Assembly: GCA_900544545.1 (NCBI GenBank)
Contig: UQVY01000003.1
Coordinates: 10,862 to 74,861, forward strand
Reading direction: 5' to 3'
DNA from: an uncultured Eubacteriales bacterium
GTDB lineage: Bacteria; Bacillota; Clostridia; Christensenellales; CAG-314
DNA length: 64,000 bases
Each line of letters starts with the position of its first letter. The stretch's first letter is position 1. A model generated the notes under the pieces. The model had not been told where the DNA came from. It saw only the letters and a list, made by a program, of their open reading frames with translations, and did no database searches. The position numbers and the translations under genes were made by a program. Shown in pieces: positions 18,589 to 30,123 of the stretch.

Positions 18589-19353
18589 TTAATCGTTTTT
18601 ATCTTCGGGAACGTCGTCGTCAGTCTCAATGTCGTCCTGCGGGGCATCGTTTTCGATTTTATCGCAAGTATTTTTATTTTTAGTGATTGCGTTATAAATC
18701 AAAAGTCCTGCGATACTTACGACCGCGGTAACTGAAAAGACTATGATTGCAGCTTTATAGTTCTTTTCCGCGAGATATTTTCCGCCGACGGTAGAGCTTA
18801 CAATCGAAGGTAGTCTTGCTATTCCCGAAATCAGAAGAAAATCCGCCAGCTTAATTTTCGTTAATCCCGCGACATAAGTAAGCAGGTCCTTTGGTGTCCC
18901 GGGAATGAAGTACAGAATAAAAACAATCCGTTTTAATTTAGAAATTTTTTTCTCCCCCCTCATCCCCCTCATCCCATCTATCTTCTCCTTCTTTACAAAC
19001 AGTTCTACGAACTTAATTCCCCATTTTTTGGTCAGTAAGAATATGATAGTTGAAGCAATTGTGACACCTATGAGGCAGATAAGTGTTCCTCCGATTGCGC
19101 CAAAAGCATAACCTACCCCGATTTCGACGGCCTCACCGGGAATAAGCGCGATGACAACCTGAAGAATCTGGATTCCGAGCGCGACCAACCATGCAGCCCA
19201 GCCGTAACTTTCTATTTGTTCGCGGAATTCTTGCGGATTTCTGAAATCGAAATTTTTATACAAAAAAATTGCTATAAATCCGGCAATCACAATAAATACC
19301 AGAAAACTACATATTCCTATCGCGCGTTTTACAGCAAGTTGTTTCTTGTCCAT
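18589..19353 (-). CDS. TVP38/TMEM64 (DedA-related, SNARE-associated) family membrane protein
   Basis: LIPGEAVEIGVGYAFG core, multiple TM segments, acidic C-terminal tail. Lies in the lower-GC segment. Confidence 0.8.
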   Translation of the reverse strand: MDKKQLAVKRAIGICSFLVFIVIAGFIAIFLYKNFDFRNPQEFREQIESYGWAAWLVALGIQILQVVIALIPGEAVEIGVGYAFGAIGGTLICLIGVTIASTIIFLLTKKWGIKFVELFVKKEKIDGMRGMRGEKKISKLKRIVFILYFIPGTPKDLLTYVAGLTKIKLADFLLISGIARLPSIVSSTVGGKYLAEKNYKAAIIVFSVTAVVSIAGLLIYNAITKNKNTCDKIENDAPQDDIETDDDVPEDKND

Positions 19354-19550
19354 AACATTTCCTATATTTTTGTTTAATATTTTCAGCTTATTGATTTTAT
19401 TATCAACACTTTACTTTAACTTATTTTTAATTAAAGCAACAAATCCTTAACTTATATCGTTCAAGTGAAGAATTCATTGTTTTTTAAAAACAAATCCACG
19501 GCGCAAGTATAGCACAAATTATGCTCCGATGCAACCGTTTAAAACCTTTT

Positions 19551-19604
19551 TGCCGAAAAACCGCCTTCTTTTGCCATTTTTTTACCGGATTTATGCGATA
19601 TAAT
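19551..19604 (+). promoter_or_regulatory. spoIIG-type promoter: 0A-box-like TGCCGAA plus TTGCCA-22 nt-TATAAT
   Basis: TGCCGAA (19551-19557) fits TGNCGAA. TTGCCA at 19571-19576, a 22-nt spacer, then TATAAT at 19599-19604. An over-long spacer plus Spo0A boxes is the known B. subtilis spoIIG architecture. Confidence 0.45.
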
Positions 19605-19710
19605 TGTGAAAAACAAGCATCGGAATAATATTCAAAGCTGCAACTTAATCATTATAAAATAATTTTTGAAAATTAAAGGTGTATTAAGTGGTAAATACAA
19701 GGGTGTTGCA

Positions 19711-20502
19711 ATGAAGATTTATATTGAATTTGTGATAATCGACAATATAGTGATCGACGGATTGCTACTTTGGCTTACAAACAAGACTCTTAAAGTTAGC
19801 TCGAATCCTGTGAGAATTTTTCTCGCGGCGTTTTTGGGAACGGTCGGAGCTATTGTTTTTTCACTTATAAATATACATTTTTTTGTTGCGTTTTTGCTGA
19901 AAATTGCGCTCGGATTGAGTATGATTTTTGTATCTTGTGGCAAAAATAAGCGATTTTTCAGGCATTTTTTGGTTTTTTCGGCATATACTTTCGTGACGGG
20001 CGGCGTGATTCTCGGGCTGATTTTTTTGATGCGCGGGAGGATTATTGACGCGTTGACTTTCAGCTATTCGGCGGGCGTCCCGGTCGGAGTAATTGTCGGC
20101 GGGGTTGCGATTGCGGTCGCGCTTGGTGTCAGAACGGTAAAGTTGCTTTATTTGAAGAAAGCCGAAAATAAGGCGAAATTTTTGAACGTCAGGCTGATTC
20201 TCGATAAAGAATACGAATTAAAAGGATTGGCTGATTCGGGAAATCTCCTTGAATTCGAGGGCAAAAAGGTATTTTTTGCGGTTAGTAAGAGGCTAAAAGC
20301 CGTAATTATCGAAAAATATTCGGAAAATCTTCTTCGCGATACGGGCAGGAATTTTCGGGTTCCCTTCTCGACGGTAAGCGGAAAGACAAGTTGTCTGGCG
20401 ATAAAACCCGACGGATTTTTTATTAACGATGAAAAAATCGATTGCTTGATTGCGTTTGGAAAGGTGTGCTCGGAGGATTTTGACATTATAGTTCATGGCT
20501 GA
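19711..20502 (+). CDS. spoIIGA: Sigma-E processing peptidase SpoIIGA
   Basis: Five N-terminal TM segments. GLADSGN aspartic-protease motif (KGLADSGNLL). Immediately upstream of sigE. Confidence 0.85.
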   Translation: MKIYIEFVIIDNIVIDGLLLWLTNKTLKVSSNPVRIFLAAFLGTVGAIVFSLINIHFFVAFLLKIALGLSMIFVSCGKNKRFFRHFLVFSAYTFVTGGVILGLIFLMRGRIIDALTFSYSAGVPVGVIVGGVAIAVALGVRTVKLLYLKKAENKAKFLNVRLILDKEYELKGLADSGNLLEFEGKKVFFAVSKRLKAVIIEKYSENLLRDTGRNFRVPFSTVSGKTSCLAIKPDGFFINDEKIDCLIAFGKVCSEDFDIIVHG

Positions 20503-20699
20503 ATTTGGGAATTTCGAACGGCATTTTAGGATTTCGAGCGGCGCAGGAGTACGGAAAGTTGAGTTTGCGGCGGAAAAACAAAGAGTAAAACTCGTTTTTT
20601 GAGATTTTTAAGGACTTAAAACAATCGTCGGAATTCAGATTGTCAAAAAAGAATAAAAATTAAAATAAAATTATAATTATTCAAAAGGAGAAAGAAAAA

Positions 20700-21413
20700 A
20701 TGAAGGCAATTTTGAAGTTTTTAAGGTCGTTTTTCGGAATGGACAGCCTTTTCGACAGGCTCGTGGCGTATCTTTGCGGCGGCGAAACGCTTCCGAAACC
20801 GCTTGCGCCAGAGGAGGAAGCAAGGCTGATCGGGCTGAAACTTTCGGGAGATGAAGCGGCGAAGAACGCTCTCGTCGAACATAATCTCAGATTGGTCATT
20901 TTCCTCGCACGAAAGTTTGACAATACTAACACAGAAATGGACGATTTGATCTCCGTCGGAACCATCGGGCTTATCAAAGCGGTCAACAGCTTCGAGCCGG
21001 AGAAAAATATCAAGCTCGCGACCTACGCTTCGCGCTGCATCGAGAACGAAATTTTGATGTATCTCCGCAAAATGTCGCGCAGACGCGCAGAAATTTCGCT
21101 CGACGAGCCGCTTAACGTGGACGGCGACGGCAACGAATTGCTGCTTTCGGACGTTCTCGGCACCGACGCGGACTCGGTTTCGGGAAGTCTTGACGCAGGC
21201 TGCGATATCGAGGTCCTTTACGAGTGTATGAGGTTTCTTTCGGATAGGGAAAGGAACATAGTTAATTTACGATTTGGACTTTTTGGAAACACTATTTATA
21301 CACAAAAGGAAGTCGCGGACATTATGGGAATATCGCAGTCGTATATTTCACGCCTCGAAAAGAAAATTTTCTTAAAACTTAAAAAAGATATACAGAAAAA
21401 ACTCGTAACATAA
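20700..21413 (+). CDS. sigE: Sporulation sigma factor pro-sigma-E
   Basis: GGAGAAAG RBS. Pro-sequence MKAILKFLRSFFG..., LPKPL, region 2 DLISVGTIGLIKAVNSF, region 4 TQKEVADIMGISQSYISRLEKK. Confidence 0.93.
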   Translation: MKAILKFLRSFFGMDSLFDRLVAYLCGGETLPKPLAPEEEARLIGLKLSGDEAAKNALVEHNLRLVIFLARKFDNTNTEMDDLISVGTIGLIKAVNSFEPEKNIKLATYASRCIENEILMYLRKMSRRRAEISLDEPLNVDGDGNELLLSDVLGTDADSVSGSLDAGCDIEVLYECMRFLSDRERNIVNLRFGLFGNTIYTQKEVADIMGISQSYISRLEKKIFLKLKKDIQKKLVT

Positions 21414-21497
21414 ACACATTTTTGTTTTGTGTTATTAAATGTTTTGAATTTGTGAAAAGTCTTAGGGCTGATTTTTATTATAAAACAGCGATATATA

Positions 21498-22307
21498 TTA
21501 GTGCTTTAAGTGATTATTATATGATGTTATGTCGTAAAGCTCGTTCATAATTCGATTAAGACGGGCAAAATCCGTTCCGTCGAGATAATATTCGGCGCTT
21601 TCGAGCTTATCGGCGATGACTTTCGCAAGATCGTCGGGAATCCCGTTTCGGATGAGAAAGTTTTTGCGAGATTCCGTCTGTGAAAGAAGAGCGTTGCGGT
21701 TGACGGAGGGGGGGAAGTGAGGATTATTTGTGGAATTTAAAGGTAAATCGTGTTTTAAACAGATATCATTGGGGGTTAAATTGTGAAAAATTCTGTCGGA
21801 TGATGGAAGAATTTTTGATTTTTCGCGTCGGGCGTCGGCGTCGATTCTTTCGTAGCGAGTTGTCGTTTCGGAAGCGGTGAAAAGTTTTTGGCGGTTGCGG
21901 TTGGCGTTCAGATTGGAAACGATTTGCTCCTCAAAATCAGTCGCGTTTGTCTTAAAAACGTCAGTATTTTTATCGGAATCGGTTTCGTTTACATTGAAGA
22001 TATCGTTATTTTCATCGGAATCGGTCGCGAATGCGTTAAAATCGGCTGAGGTTGCGTTAAAATCAGTCGCGTTTTCACTGAAGACGGCTGAAATTTCATC
22101 GGAAATACAACTTTCTTTCGCGAAATCTTCTTTATTATTACCGCAAACGAATGCTTTTTTATCAAAATCGGCGGATTTTCGGGAAAAATCAGTGTCATCG
22201 TCGGGTTTTTCGGCGGATTTACGGGCAAAAAAAATCTCTTCGGCAAGCGAAAGGGATATGACGTACAGGGAAATCGCGATTATCGCGGCAAAGGTCGGAA
22301 GCAGCAT
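21498..22307 (-). CDS. Hypothetical membrane-anchored protein with degenerate (A/S)(T/A)DF acidic repeats
   Basis: GAGGTGA RBS 5 nt upstream on the minus strand. N-terminal TM segment. Central repeats SADF, ATDF, TDSD, NDIF. No family recognised. Confidence 0.6.
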   Translation of the reverse strand: MLLPTFAAIIAISLYVISLSLAEEIFFARKSAEKPDDDTDFSRKSADFDKKAFVCGNNKEDFAKESCISDEISAVFSENATDFNATSADFNAFATDSDENNDIFNVNETDSDKNTDVFKTNATDFEEQIVSNLNANRNRQKLFTASETTTRYERIDADARREKSKILPSSDRIFHNLTPNDICLKHDLPLNSTNNPHFPPSVNRNALLSQTESRKNFLIRNGIPDDLAKVIADKLESAEYYLDGTDFARLNRIMNELYDITSYNNHLKH

Positions 22308-22497
22308 AGTTCACCTCGTTTTTGTCGGATTATCGACGATTTTTCGGAATTTATACCCGAAATTTACGCGAATTTTTTGCGAATTTATCTCGGATAGTCA
22401 AAATTTATATAAAAGTCGTTTGAATAACGAAAAATATCGCGAAACTTCGGATTGGCGGCGGATTTTTGCGAATTGTGTTTTTAAAATGTCCGAACAA

Positions 22498-22523
22498 TAA
22501 AAAAACCCTCGCGGAAACGAGGG
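22498..22523 (-). terminator. Rho-independent terminator of rplI
   Basis: On the minus strand: ccctcg-tttccg-cgaggg followed by TTTTTTT, 25 nt after the rplI stop. Confidence 0.75.
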
Positions 22524-22547
22524 TGGTTTGCGTTATTTTCGTGTTAA

Positions 22548-22994
22548 TCAGACCTCGGGAACGACGTTGATTACGATGTCGGACGAAACGTTGGCGTAAA
22601 GTTTGACCGAAACGGGATGGGTTCCGACCGTTTTTATAGGCTCTTTGATGACGAGCTGTTTTTTGTCGATTTCGTAGCCCGCGGCAACGAGCGCGTCGCT
22701 GATTTCTTTGGCGGTAACGCTGCCGAAAAGCCGTCCGTTTTCGCCGCACCTGATGGGAAGCGTGAATTCCTTGCCCTTGATTTCCTTCGCCATAGCCGCG
22801 TAGGCAGCCTTTTCTTCCGCAAGTTTGCGCGCCTGAGCCGCTTCGTGAAGCTTCACGCTGTTGACCGTATCGGAGGTAGCGACCGTTCCGAGTTTTTTGG
22901 GAGCCAGAAAGTTCTTGTAATAACCCTCCGAAACGTCTACGATCTGACCTTTTTTGCCCTGTCCTTTAACGTCGGCAAGAAGCAGAATTTTCAT
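22548..22994 (-). CDS. rplI: 50S ribosomal protein L9
   Basis: MKILLLADVKGQGKKGQIVDVSEGYYKNFLAPKKLG is the canonical L9 N-terminus. 148 aa. Confidence 0.95.
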   Translation of the reverse strand: MKILLLADVKGQGKKGQIVDVSEGYYKNFLAPKKLGTVATSDTVNSVKLHEAAQARKLAEEKAAYAAMAKEIKGKEFTLPIRCGENGRLFGSVTAKEISDALVAAGYEIDKKQLVIKEPIKTVGTHPVSVKLYANVSSDIVINVVPEV

Positions 22995-23045
22995 TTTTTC
23001 CTCCTTTTCGGAGATTCGGGCGAACCTCCGTCGATTCTCGTGCGT

Positions 23046-23074
23046 ATTTTACCATATAATCCTCCGCGTGTCAA
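23046..23074 (-). promoter_or_regulatory. Consensus sigma-A promoter for rplI
   Basis: Minus strand reads TTGACA, 17 nt, TGg-TAAAAT. Confidence 0.7.
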
Positions 23075-23353
23075 GCGTATGCGTTTAAAGCGGCTTCGGG
23101 AGCTTATCGGCGGAGAAAGAGAGTCCGGGATTTTTCGGAGAATCAGCGGCGGGGAGGGAGATTCGGGGCGCGAGGACGGGAATAATAAAAAGCTTTACGG
23201 AGTTTGCGTTTATTTTATTGCCTGAAAAGGAAGGATATGGTATAATTCGCCCGAAGGATATGGTATAAACGGTATAATTCGTCCGAGAGTATGAGCGTTT
23301 TTACGAGAAAAGGGGCGAATTTATCCGAGAGAAGGGACGCGGAGAGGAATTTT

Positions 23354-23908
23354 ATGAGCAAATCGAAAACTTCGGGCGAGGGATTCACCGCGAGAAAAAT
23401 CGTTCTGACGGCGGTTTTCGCGGCGGCAAGCCTCGTTATGTTTATGGTGGAGAACCTTTTTCCGCCGCTTTTCGTCCCGGGCGCAAAGGCGGGACTTTCG
23501 AATATTCCGACGCTTTTTTTGCTGTATACGCTCGGCTTTCCCTACGCCTTTTCCGCCCTCGTAACGCGAATCGTCCTCGGAAATCTTCTGACCGGCTCGC
23601 TTTCGTCGCTTATTTATTCGCTTCCGTCGGGAATTATCGCGATGATCGTCGCTTTTATCCTCAAAAAGACGCTGAAATGCTCGGTAGTCGCGGTCAGCGC
23701 GGCCTGCGCGGTCGTTCATAACCTCGTACAGAACACGGTGTTTATTTTCGTTTCGGAAACCCCGGGAATGGCGGCGTATTATCCGTATCTCGCGCTCGTC
23801 GGAATCCTCGCGGGGCTCGTTGTCGGCGCGGGCGTAACCTTATTGCTGCGGTCGGAAACGATAGAAAAAGCCTTCAAACACAAAGAGTCGGAGGAAAATC
23901 CGTTATGA
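23354..23908 (+). CDS. Gx-transporter / heptaprenyl-diphosphate-synthase-component-I-like membrane protein
   Basis: GGAGAGG RBS. Five to six TM segments; AASLVMFMVENLFPP resembles the family's N-terminal motif. Classic neighbourhood with ApbE and a NusG-II-domain protein. Confidence 0.65.
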   Translation: MSKSKTSGEGFTARKIVLTAVFAAASLVMFMVENLFPPLFVPGAKAGLSNIPTLFLLYTLGFPYAFSALVTRIVLGNLLTGSLSSLIYSLPSGIIAMIVAFILKKTLKCSVVAVSAACAVVHNLVQNTVFIFVSETPGMAAYYPYLALVGILAGLVVGAGVTLLLRSETIEKAFKHKESEENPL

Positions 23909-25056
23909 GAAAAAGTTCGCGTTCAATCGGGAGAATACTGATTTTTGCGGCGGTATTTGTGATTTTCGCGAGCCTTTGCGGCTGCGGAGAGAGATTCTAT
24001 ACCGTCTATAAGACTTATTACGGAGTTTTCGGGACGAATCTCGACGTTCTTCTCGTGGTGAGCGAAAAGGAGGATTATTCGCGGGCGGAAAAAGCCGCGG
24101 AGGAGGTCAGAAATCTGCTTCTCGATCTCGAAAGCAAAATCAGCTCGAATCAATCGTCCTTTTCCGAGTCGGATATTTGCAGATTCAACAGGCTTTCCGA
24201 GGGAGAGGAAATCCGAGTTTCCGCAGAGACCGCGGAGCTTTTCGGAATATCGGAAAGAGTATACCGCGAAACGGACGGGCTTTTCGACCCGAGCGTGTAT
24301 TATCTTACGGAATACTGGGGATTCGGGAATTACGGCAAGGACTCGGGAATATGCAGAAGCAAGGAAAAATCCGACGAAGAGGCGGTCGAAGAGTTGCTTA
24401 AGACGGTCAATTTCGAGGGCGCGGAGCTGTACGAAAAAGAGGACGGATATTACCTCCGCAAAAACGCGGCCGCCGTCGATTACGAGGGGAAAAAGCTCGG
24501 ACTGAGGCTGGATTTCGGCGGAATCGGAAAGGGCTTCGCGGCGGACAAGGCGGCGGAATTACTCGGAAATTCGGGCTATTCGGGCGGATACGTTTCTCTG
24601 GGGGGAAGCAGTATAGCCGTTTTCGGAAATCCCGCCGAGAAGTCGGGCGAAATCACCGTGAATATCGTCAACCCGCGGGCAAAAGAGACCGGCTCGAATT
24701 ATTACGCGTCGACGAAACTTAAGGATACGGGGATTTCGAGCAGCGGAGATTACGAGAGATTCTTCGTCGAGGACGGACGGCGGTATTGCCACATAATCAA
24801 TCCGAAAACGGGCTTCCCGATAAGCGGCGGCGGGATTATGTCCACGGTCGTGGGGCGGAATTCGGCTTACGGGGACGCGCTTGCGACGGTTTTACTGTGT
24901 ATGGACGAGGAGAAAGCGCTTTCTTTCGTGAAAGGAGAGTTTTTCGCGTCCGTGACCGAGGGGTATTCGCTCGTTTATCCCGCGGAAAAGGGCTTTTCGG
25001 TCAGGACCAATCTTGCGCTGACTATGGTCAACGATAAATATTTATGCGTAAAATGA
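23905..25056 (+). CDS. apbE: FAD:protein FMN transferase (ApbE family) lipoprotein
   Basis: Lipobox FASLCGCG. ApbE-like LDFGGIGKGFAADKAA and GISSSGDYERFF motifs. Start overlaps the upstream stop. Confidence 0.85.
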   Translation: MRKSSRSIGRILIFAAVFVIFASLCGCGERFYTVYKTYYGVFGTNLDVLLVVSEKEDYSRAEKAAEEVRNLLLDLESKISSNQSSFSESDICRFNRLSEGEEIRVSAETAELFGISERVYRETDGLFDPSVYYLTEYWGFGNYGKDSGICRSKEKSDEEAVEELLKTVNFEGAELYEKEDGYYLRKNAAAVDYEGKKLGLRLDFGGIGKGFAADKAAELLGNSGYSGGYVSLGGSSIAVFGNPAEKSGEITVNIVNPRAKETGSNYYASTKLKDTGISSSGDYERFFVEDGRRYCHIINPKTGFPISGGGIMSTVVGRNSAYGDALATVLLCMDEEKALSFVKGEFFASVTEGYSLVYPAEKGFSVRTNLALTMVNDKYLCVK

Positions 25057-25499
25057 AAAAATATCCGTTCTTTCGTATGAGGGATATCGCAGTCTACGCG
25101 GCTCTCGCTCTGATAACCGTAATTCTCGCGATTGTTCCTTTTTCGGGCGGTGGAGAGGCGGAGATATACGAGGTTTCGCTTTGGGGAGAGGTCGTTTACA
25201 GCTACGATTGCAGGACGGGGAAGGGAACCGCATATTCTTCGGTTTGCAGCGAAAACGTCAGCGGGAACGAGGTTTTTCTGACTGTCAGGAGCGGAGAAAA
25301 CCTGAACGAAATCAGGTTTTGCGACGGGAAGGCGGAAATGGTCGGGAGCAATTGTCCGCACGGAGAATGCGTGAATAACTTCGCTCCGCTTACGGGAAAC
25401 GGAGTTATAATCTGTCTTCCGCACGGACTCAAAATCACGGGAAAATCGGGGGGCGGAATCGTAGTTCCTTCGGGGAAAACGAATAATTATAGATTTTAA
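25044..25499 (+). CDS. NusG-domain-II-containing membrane-anchored protein (DUF1312-like)
   Basis: N-terminal TM segment. C-terminal CPHGECV...GVIICLPHGLKI pattern typical of the family. Start may be 25044 or 25053. Confidence 0.55.
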   Translation: MRKMKKYPFFRMRDIAVYAALALITVILAIVPFSGGGEAEIYEVSLWGEVVYSYDCRTGKGTAYSSVCSENVSGNEVFLTVRSGENLNEIRFCDGKAEMVGSNCPHGECVNNFAPLTGNGVIICLPHGLKITGKSGGGIVVPSGKTNNYRF

Positions 25500-25786
25500 C
25501 GCGGATTCGAGGGGGAGAAAAATTGCTCCGGAAAGGCGGATTCGAGGAGAGAAAAGGCGGATTTGCTTCGGGAGGCAGGCGGGATTACCCGAGAAAAAGA
25601 GACTGCCGGGAGACGAGGAAGGCGACGGAATCGCCCGAGCGGAAAGGAATCACGGAGAAAACCGCCGTAAACTACGGGGAAAAGCTTTTTTGAAGGCTCA
25701 AAAACTTGACAAAGACCGCAAAAAAGTATACGATAGAGTATCATATTGCGGCTTTAACCGAAGCCGCTTTCAAGAGGTAATAATCA

Positions 25787-27157
25787 ATGGAAAAATTCGA
25801 CGTTTTAGTTATCGGCGGAGGCCCGGGCGGATACCTTGCCGCGGAAAGAGCCGCAGTTGCGGGCAAAAAGACTCTCGTTATCGAGAAAAGAGAATTCGGC
25901 GGAGTGTGCCTTAACGAGGGCTGCATACCGTCCAAGAGCCTTCTTCAGTCGGCTAAAGTCCTCGAGTACGTCAGACACGCGGGCGGATACGGAGTCAAAG
26001 CGGACTGCGTCCCTTCGGTCGATCAGGCGGAGGTCATAAAGAGAAAACAGAAGGTCGTCAGAACTCTCGTTGCGGGAGTAAAGGCTCAGCTCAAATCGGC
26101 GGGCGCGGTTGCGATAAAAGGAGAGGCTTATATCGAGGGAAGAAACGAGGAAGGTTTCGTCGTCAGGTGCGGAGAAGAAAGCTATCTCGCGGAAAATCTT
26201 ATCGTTGCTACGGGAAGCAGCCCGGTCGTTCCGCCTATAAAGGGACTTAAAGAAGGACTCGAGGCGGGATTCGTCCTCACGAACAGAGAGGTCCTCGACC
26301 TCAAAACGATACCCGAATCGATGGTCGTTATCGGCGGAGGAGTCATCGGTCTCGAAATGGCGGCGTATTACGGAACGGTCGGAACCAAAGTCACCGTAGT
26401 CGAAATGCTGAACAAGATAGCCGGACCTACCGATAAAAAGGCGTCGGAGGCCCTTCAGAACGCTCTTTCCGCAAAGGGAATAGAATTCAGGCTCGGCTGC
26501 GCGGTCACGGAAATAACCGGGGACGGAGTTAAATATACCTCCGAGGGAACCGAAAACGAAATCAAAGCCGAGAAGGTCCTTCTCTGTATAGGAAGAAGAG
26601 CCGTTACGACGGGATTCGGGCTCGAAAATCTCGGCGTCGAAACTAACAGAGGCGCAATCGTTACGGATCTGCAGACGAGAACGAACGTCCCGAATCTTTA
26701 CGCGGTGGGCGACGTCAACGGAAAGGTTATGCTGGCTCATACGGCTTACAGAGAAGCCGAAGTCGCGGTCAATACCATTCTCGGAAAAGAGGACAGAGTG
26801 AATTATAACTGCATTCCTTCGGTCATCTATACCGTACCGGAAATAGCCTCCGTGGGAGAAACCGAGGAAAGCGCGATCGGCCGCGGACTCAATATAAAGG
26901 TCAACGAGCTTCCTATGACCTATTCGGGAAGATACGTCGCCGAAAACAACACCAAGGACGGATTCATAAGACTTATTATCGACACGGATTCGGATAAGCT
27001 CGTCGGCGCGCAGATAGTCGGAGCTTACGCGGGAGAGATTATTTCGTCGGTAACTTCGCTCATCGACCTCGAGGTGGATTTCGAGAGAATCAAGACTCTG
27101 ATTTTCCCGCACCCGACGGTCTGCGAGATAATTCACGAAGCCGTGCATAAGCACTGA
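25787..27157 (+). CDS. lpdA: Dihydrolipoyl dehydrogenase / class I pyridine nucleotide-disulfide oxidoreductase
   Basis: VLVIGGGPGGY, redox-active GGVCLNEGCIPSK, C-terminal dimerisation HPT motif (FPHPTVCE). No E1/E2 genes nearby. Confidence 0.9.
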   Translation: MEKFDVLVIGGGPGGYLAAERAAVAGKKTLVIEKREFGGVCLNEGCIPSKSLLQSAKVLEYVRHAGGYGVKADCVPSVDQAEVIKRKQKVVRTLVAGVKAQLKSAGAVAIKGEAYIEGRNEEGFVVRCGEESYLAENLIVATGSSPVVPPIKGLKEGLEAGFVLTNREVLDLKTIPESMVVIGGGVIGLEMAAYYGTVGTKVTVVEMLNKIAGPTDKKASEALQNALSAKGIEFRLGCAVTEITGDGVKYTSEGTENEIKAEKVLLCIGRRAVTTGFGLENLGVETNRGAIVTDLQTRTNVPNLYAVGDVNGKVMLAHTAYREAEVAVNTILGKEDRVNYNCIPSVIYTVPEIASVGETEESAIGRGLNIKVNELPMTYSGRYVAENNTKDGFIRLIIDTDSDKLVGAQIVGAYAGEIISSVTSLIDLEVDFERIKTLIFPHPTVCEIIHEAVHKH

Positions 27158-27231
27158 TTTACGGATAACCCGCCGAGGAAAAACCACGGCTCGGAAATAC
27201 GTATCGGAAATACATAGAGGAGGAAAAGAGT

Positions 27232-27693
27232 ATGAACAGAAATTATCTTTCGGGCAGATGGCTTCTCGGAGTTCTGCTTATCGTGGCGGGAATCCTTTTC
27301 TGCTTTTGCGGGGATAAGCTTATCCAGTTTATAATCATCGGCGCGGGCGCGTTGTTTATCGTTCAGGCGGTAATGGATCTGATTCAGAAAATGACGCTTT
27401 TCGGCGTGATAGAAGCCGTTATCGGCGTAATCATCATTCTCTGCGGAAGTCTTATCCTGACCATTGCGCTTTACGTCGTGGGAGCGCTTCTCGTCGGAGC
27501 GGGAGTGCTTGCGATCGTCAGGCTCGGAGCCGCGGACAAAACGTCGCTGATTATGTCGATTTGCGCGATAATCCTCGGCGTTATGCTTATCGTCGCGGAG
27601 ATAAACAAAGACCTCGACTGGCTGTATATCGTCATCGGAATCATTTCGATAATCGGCGGCGTTTCGGTTTTCGTCAAGGACAAAAACTCCTGA
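27232..27693 (+). CDS. Small integral membrane protein (4-5 TM), unknown function
   Basis: GGAGGAAAAG RBS. Almost entirely hydrophobic, G/I/L/V-rich. Confidence 0.6.
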   Translation: MNRNYLSGRWLLGVLLIVAGILFCFCGDKLIQFIIIGAGALFIVQAVMDLIQKMTLFGVIEAVIGVIIILCGSLILTIALYVVGALLVGAGVLAIVRLGAADKTSLIMSICAIILGVMLIVAEINKDLDWLYIVIGIISIIGGVSVFVKDKNS

Positions 27694-28076
27694 GATCGTA
27701 CGATTCCGCATAGCGGAAGAGAAGAATTTCCGAGGAATTAAGAAACTTCCGGATAGGGAAACTTCCCGAATCGGAGAACTTTCCGAACCACGGGACTTCG
27801 GTTTTTTAGCCGGGGTCCTTTTTTCTTTTTCAGGGGGATTTTCGTGCTGCTTTTTGGGAGAGAATCGTTTTGCTTTTGAGAGAGAATCGAGAGCTTTTCG
27901 GTTTCAGGGAGATTTTGCGGCGGGCGTCAGTATAGGCTTGCTTTAAAAGAGGAGAGAGGGGGAGCGATTACGTTCGATTCGGTACGTCCGCGCGTTTCAG
28001 AGGCGTTTTTAAGGCTCGTATGGGGCGAAGGAAGAAAAAAACCTTCGCAGAGAAGAGAAAAAATGCCTTAAAACAG

Positions 28077-30111
<2,035 letters not shown>

Positions 30112-30123
30112 CCGAGGTGAAAG

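Noticed and set aside
18430-22540. The lower-GC island interpreted as a horizontally acquired mobile element
   Set aside because: There is no integrase, transposase, tRNA target or flanking direct repeats. Its cargo is core sporulation machinery (spoIIGA-sigE).
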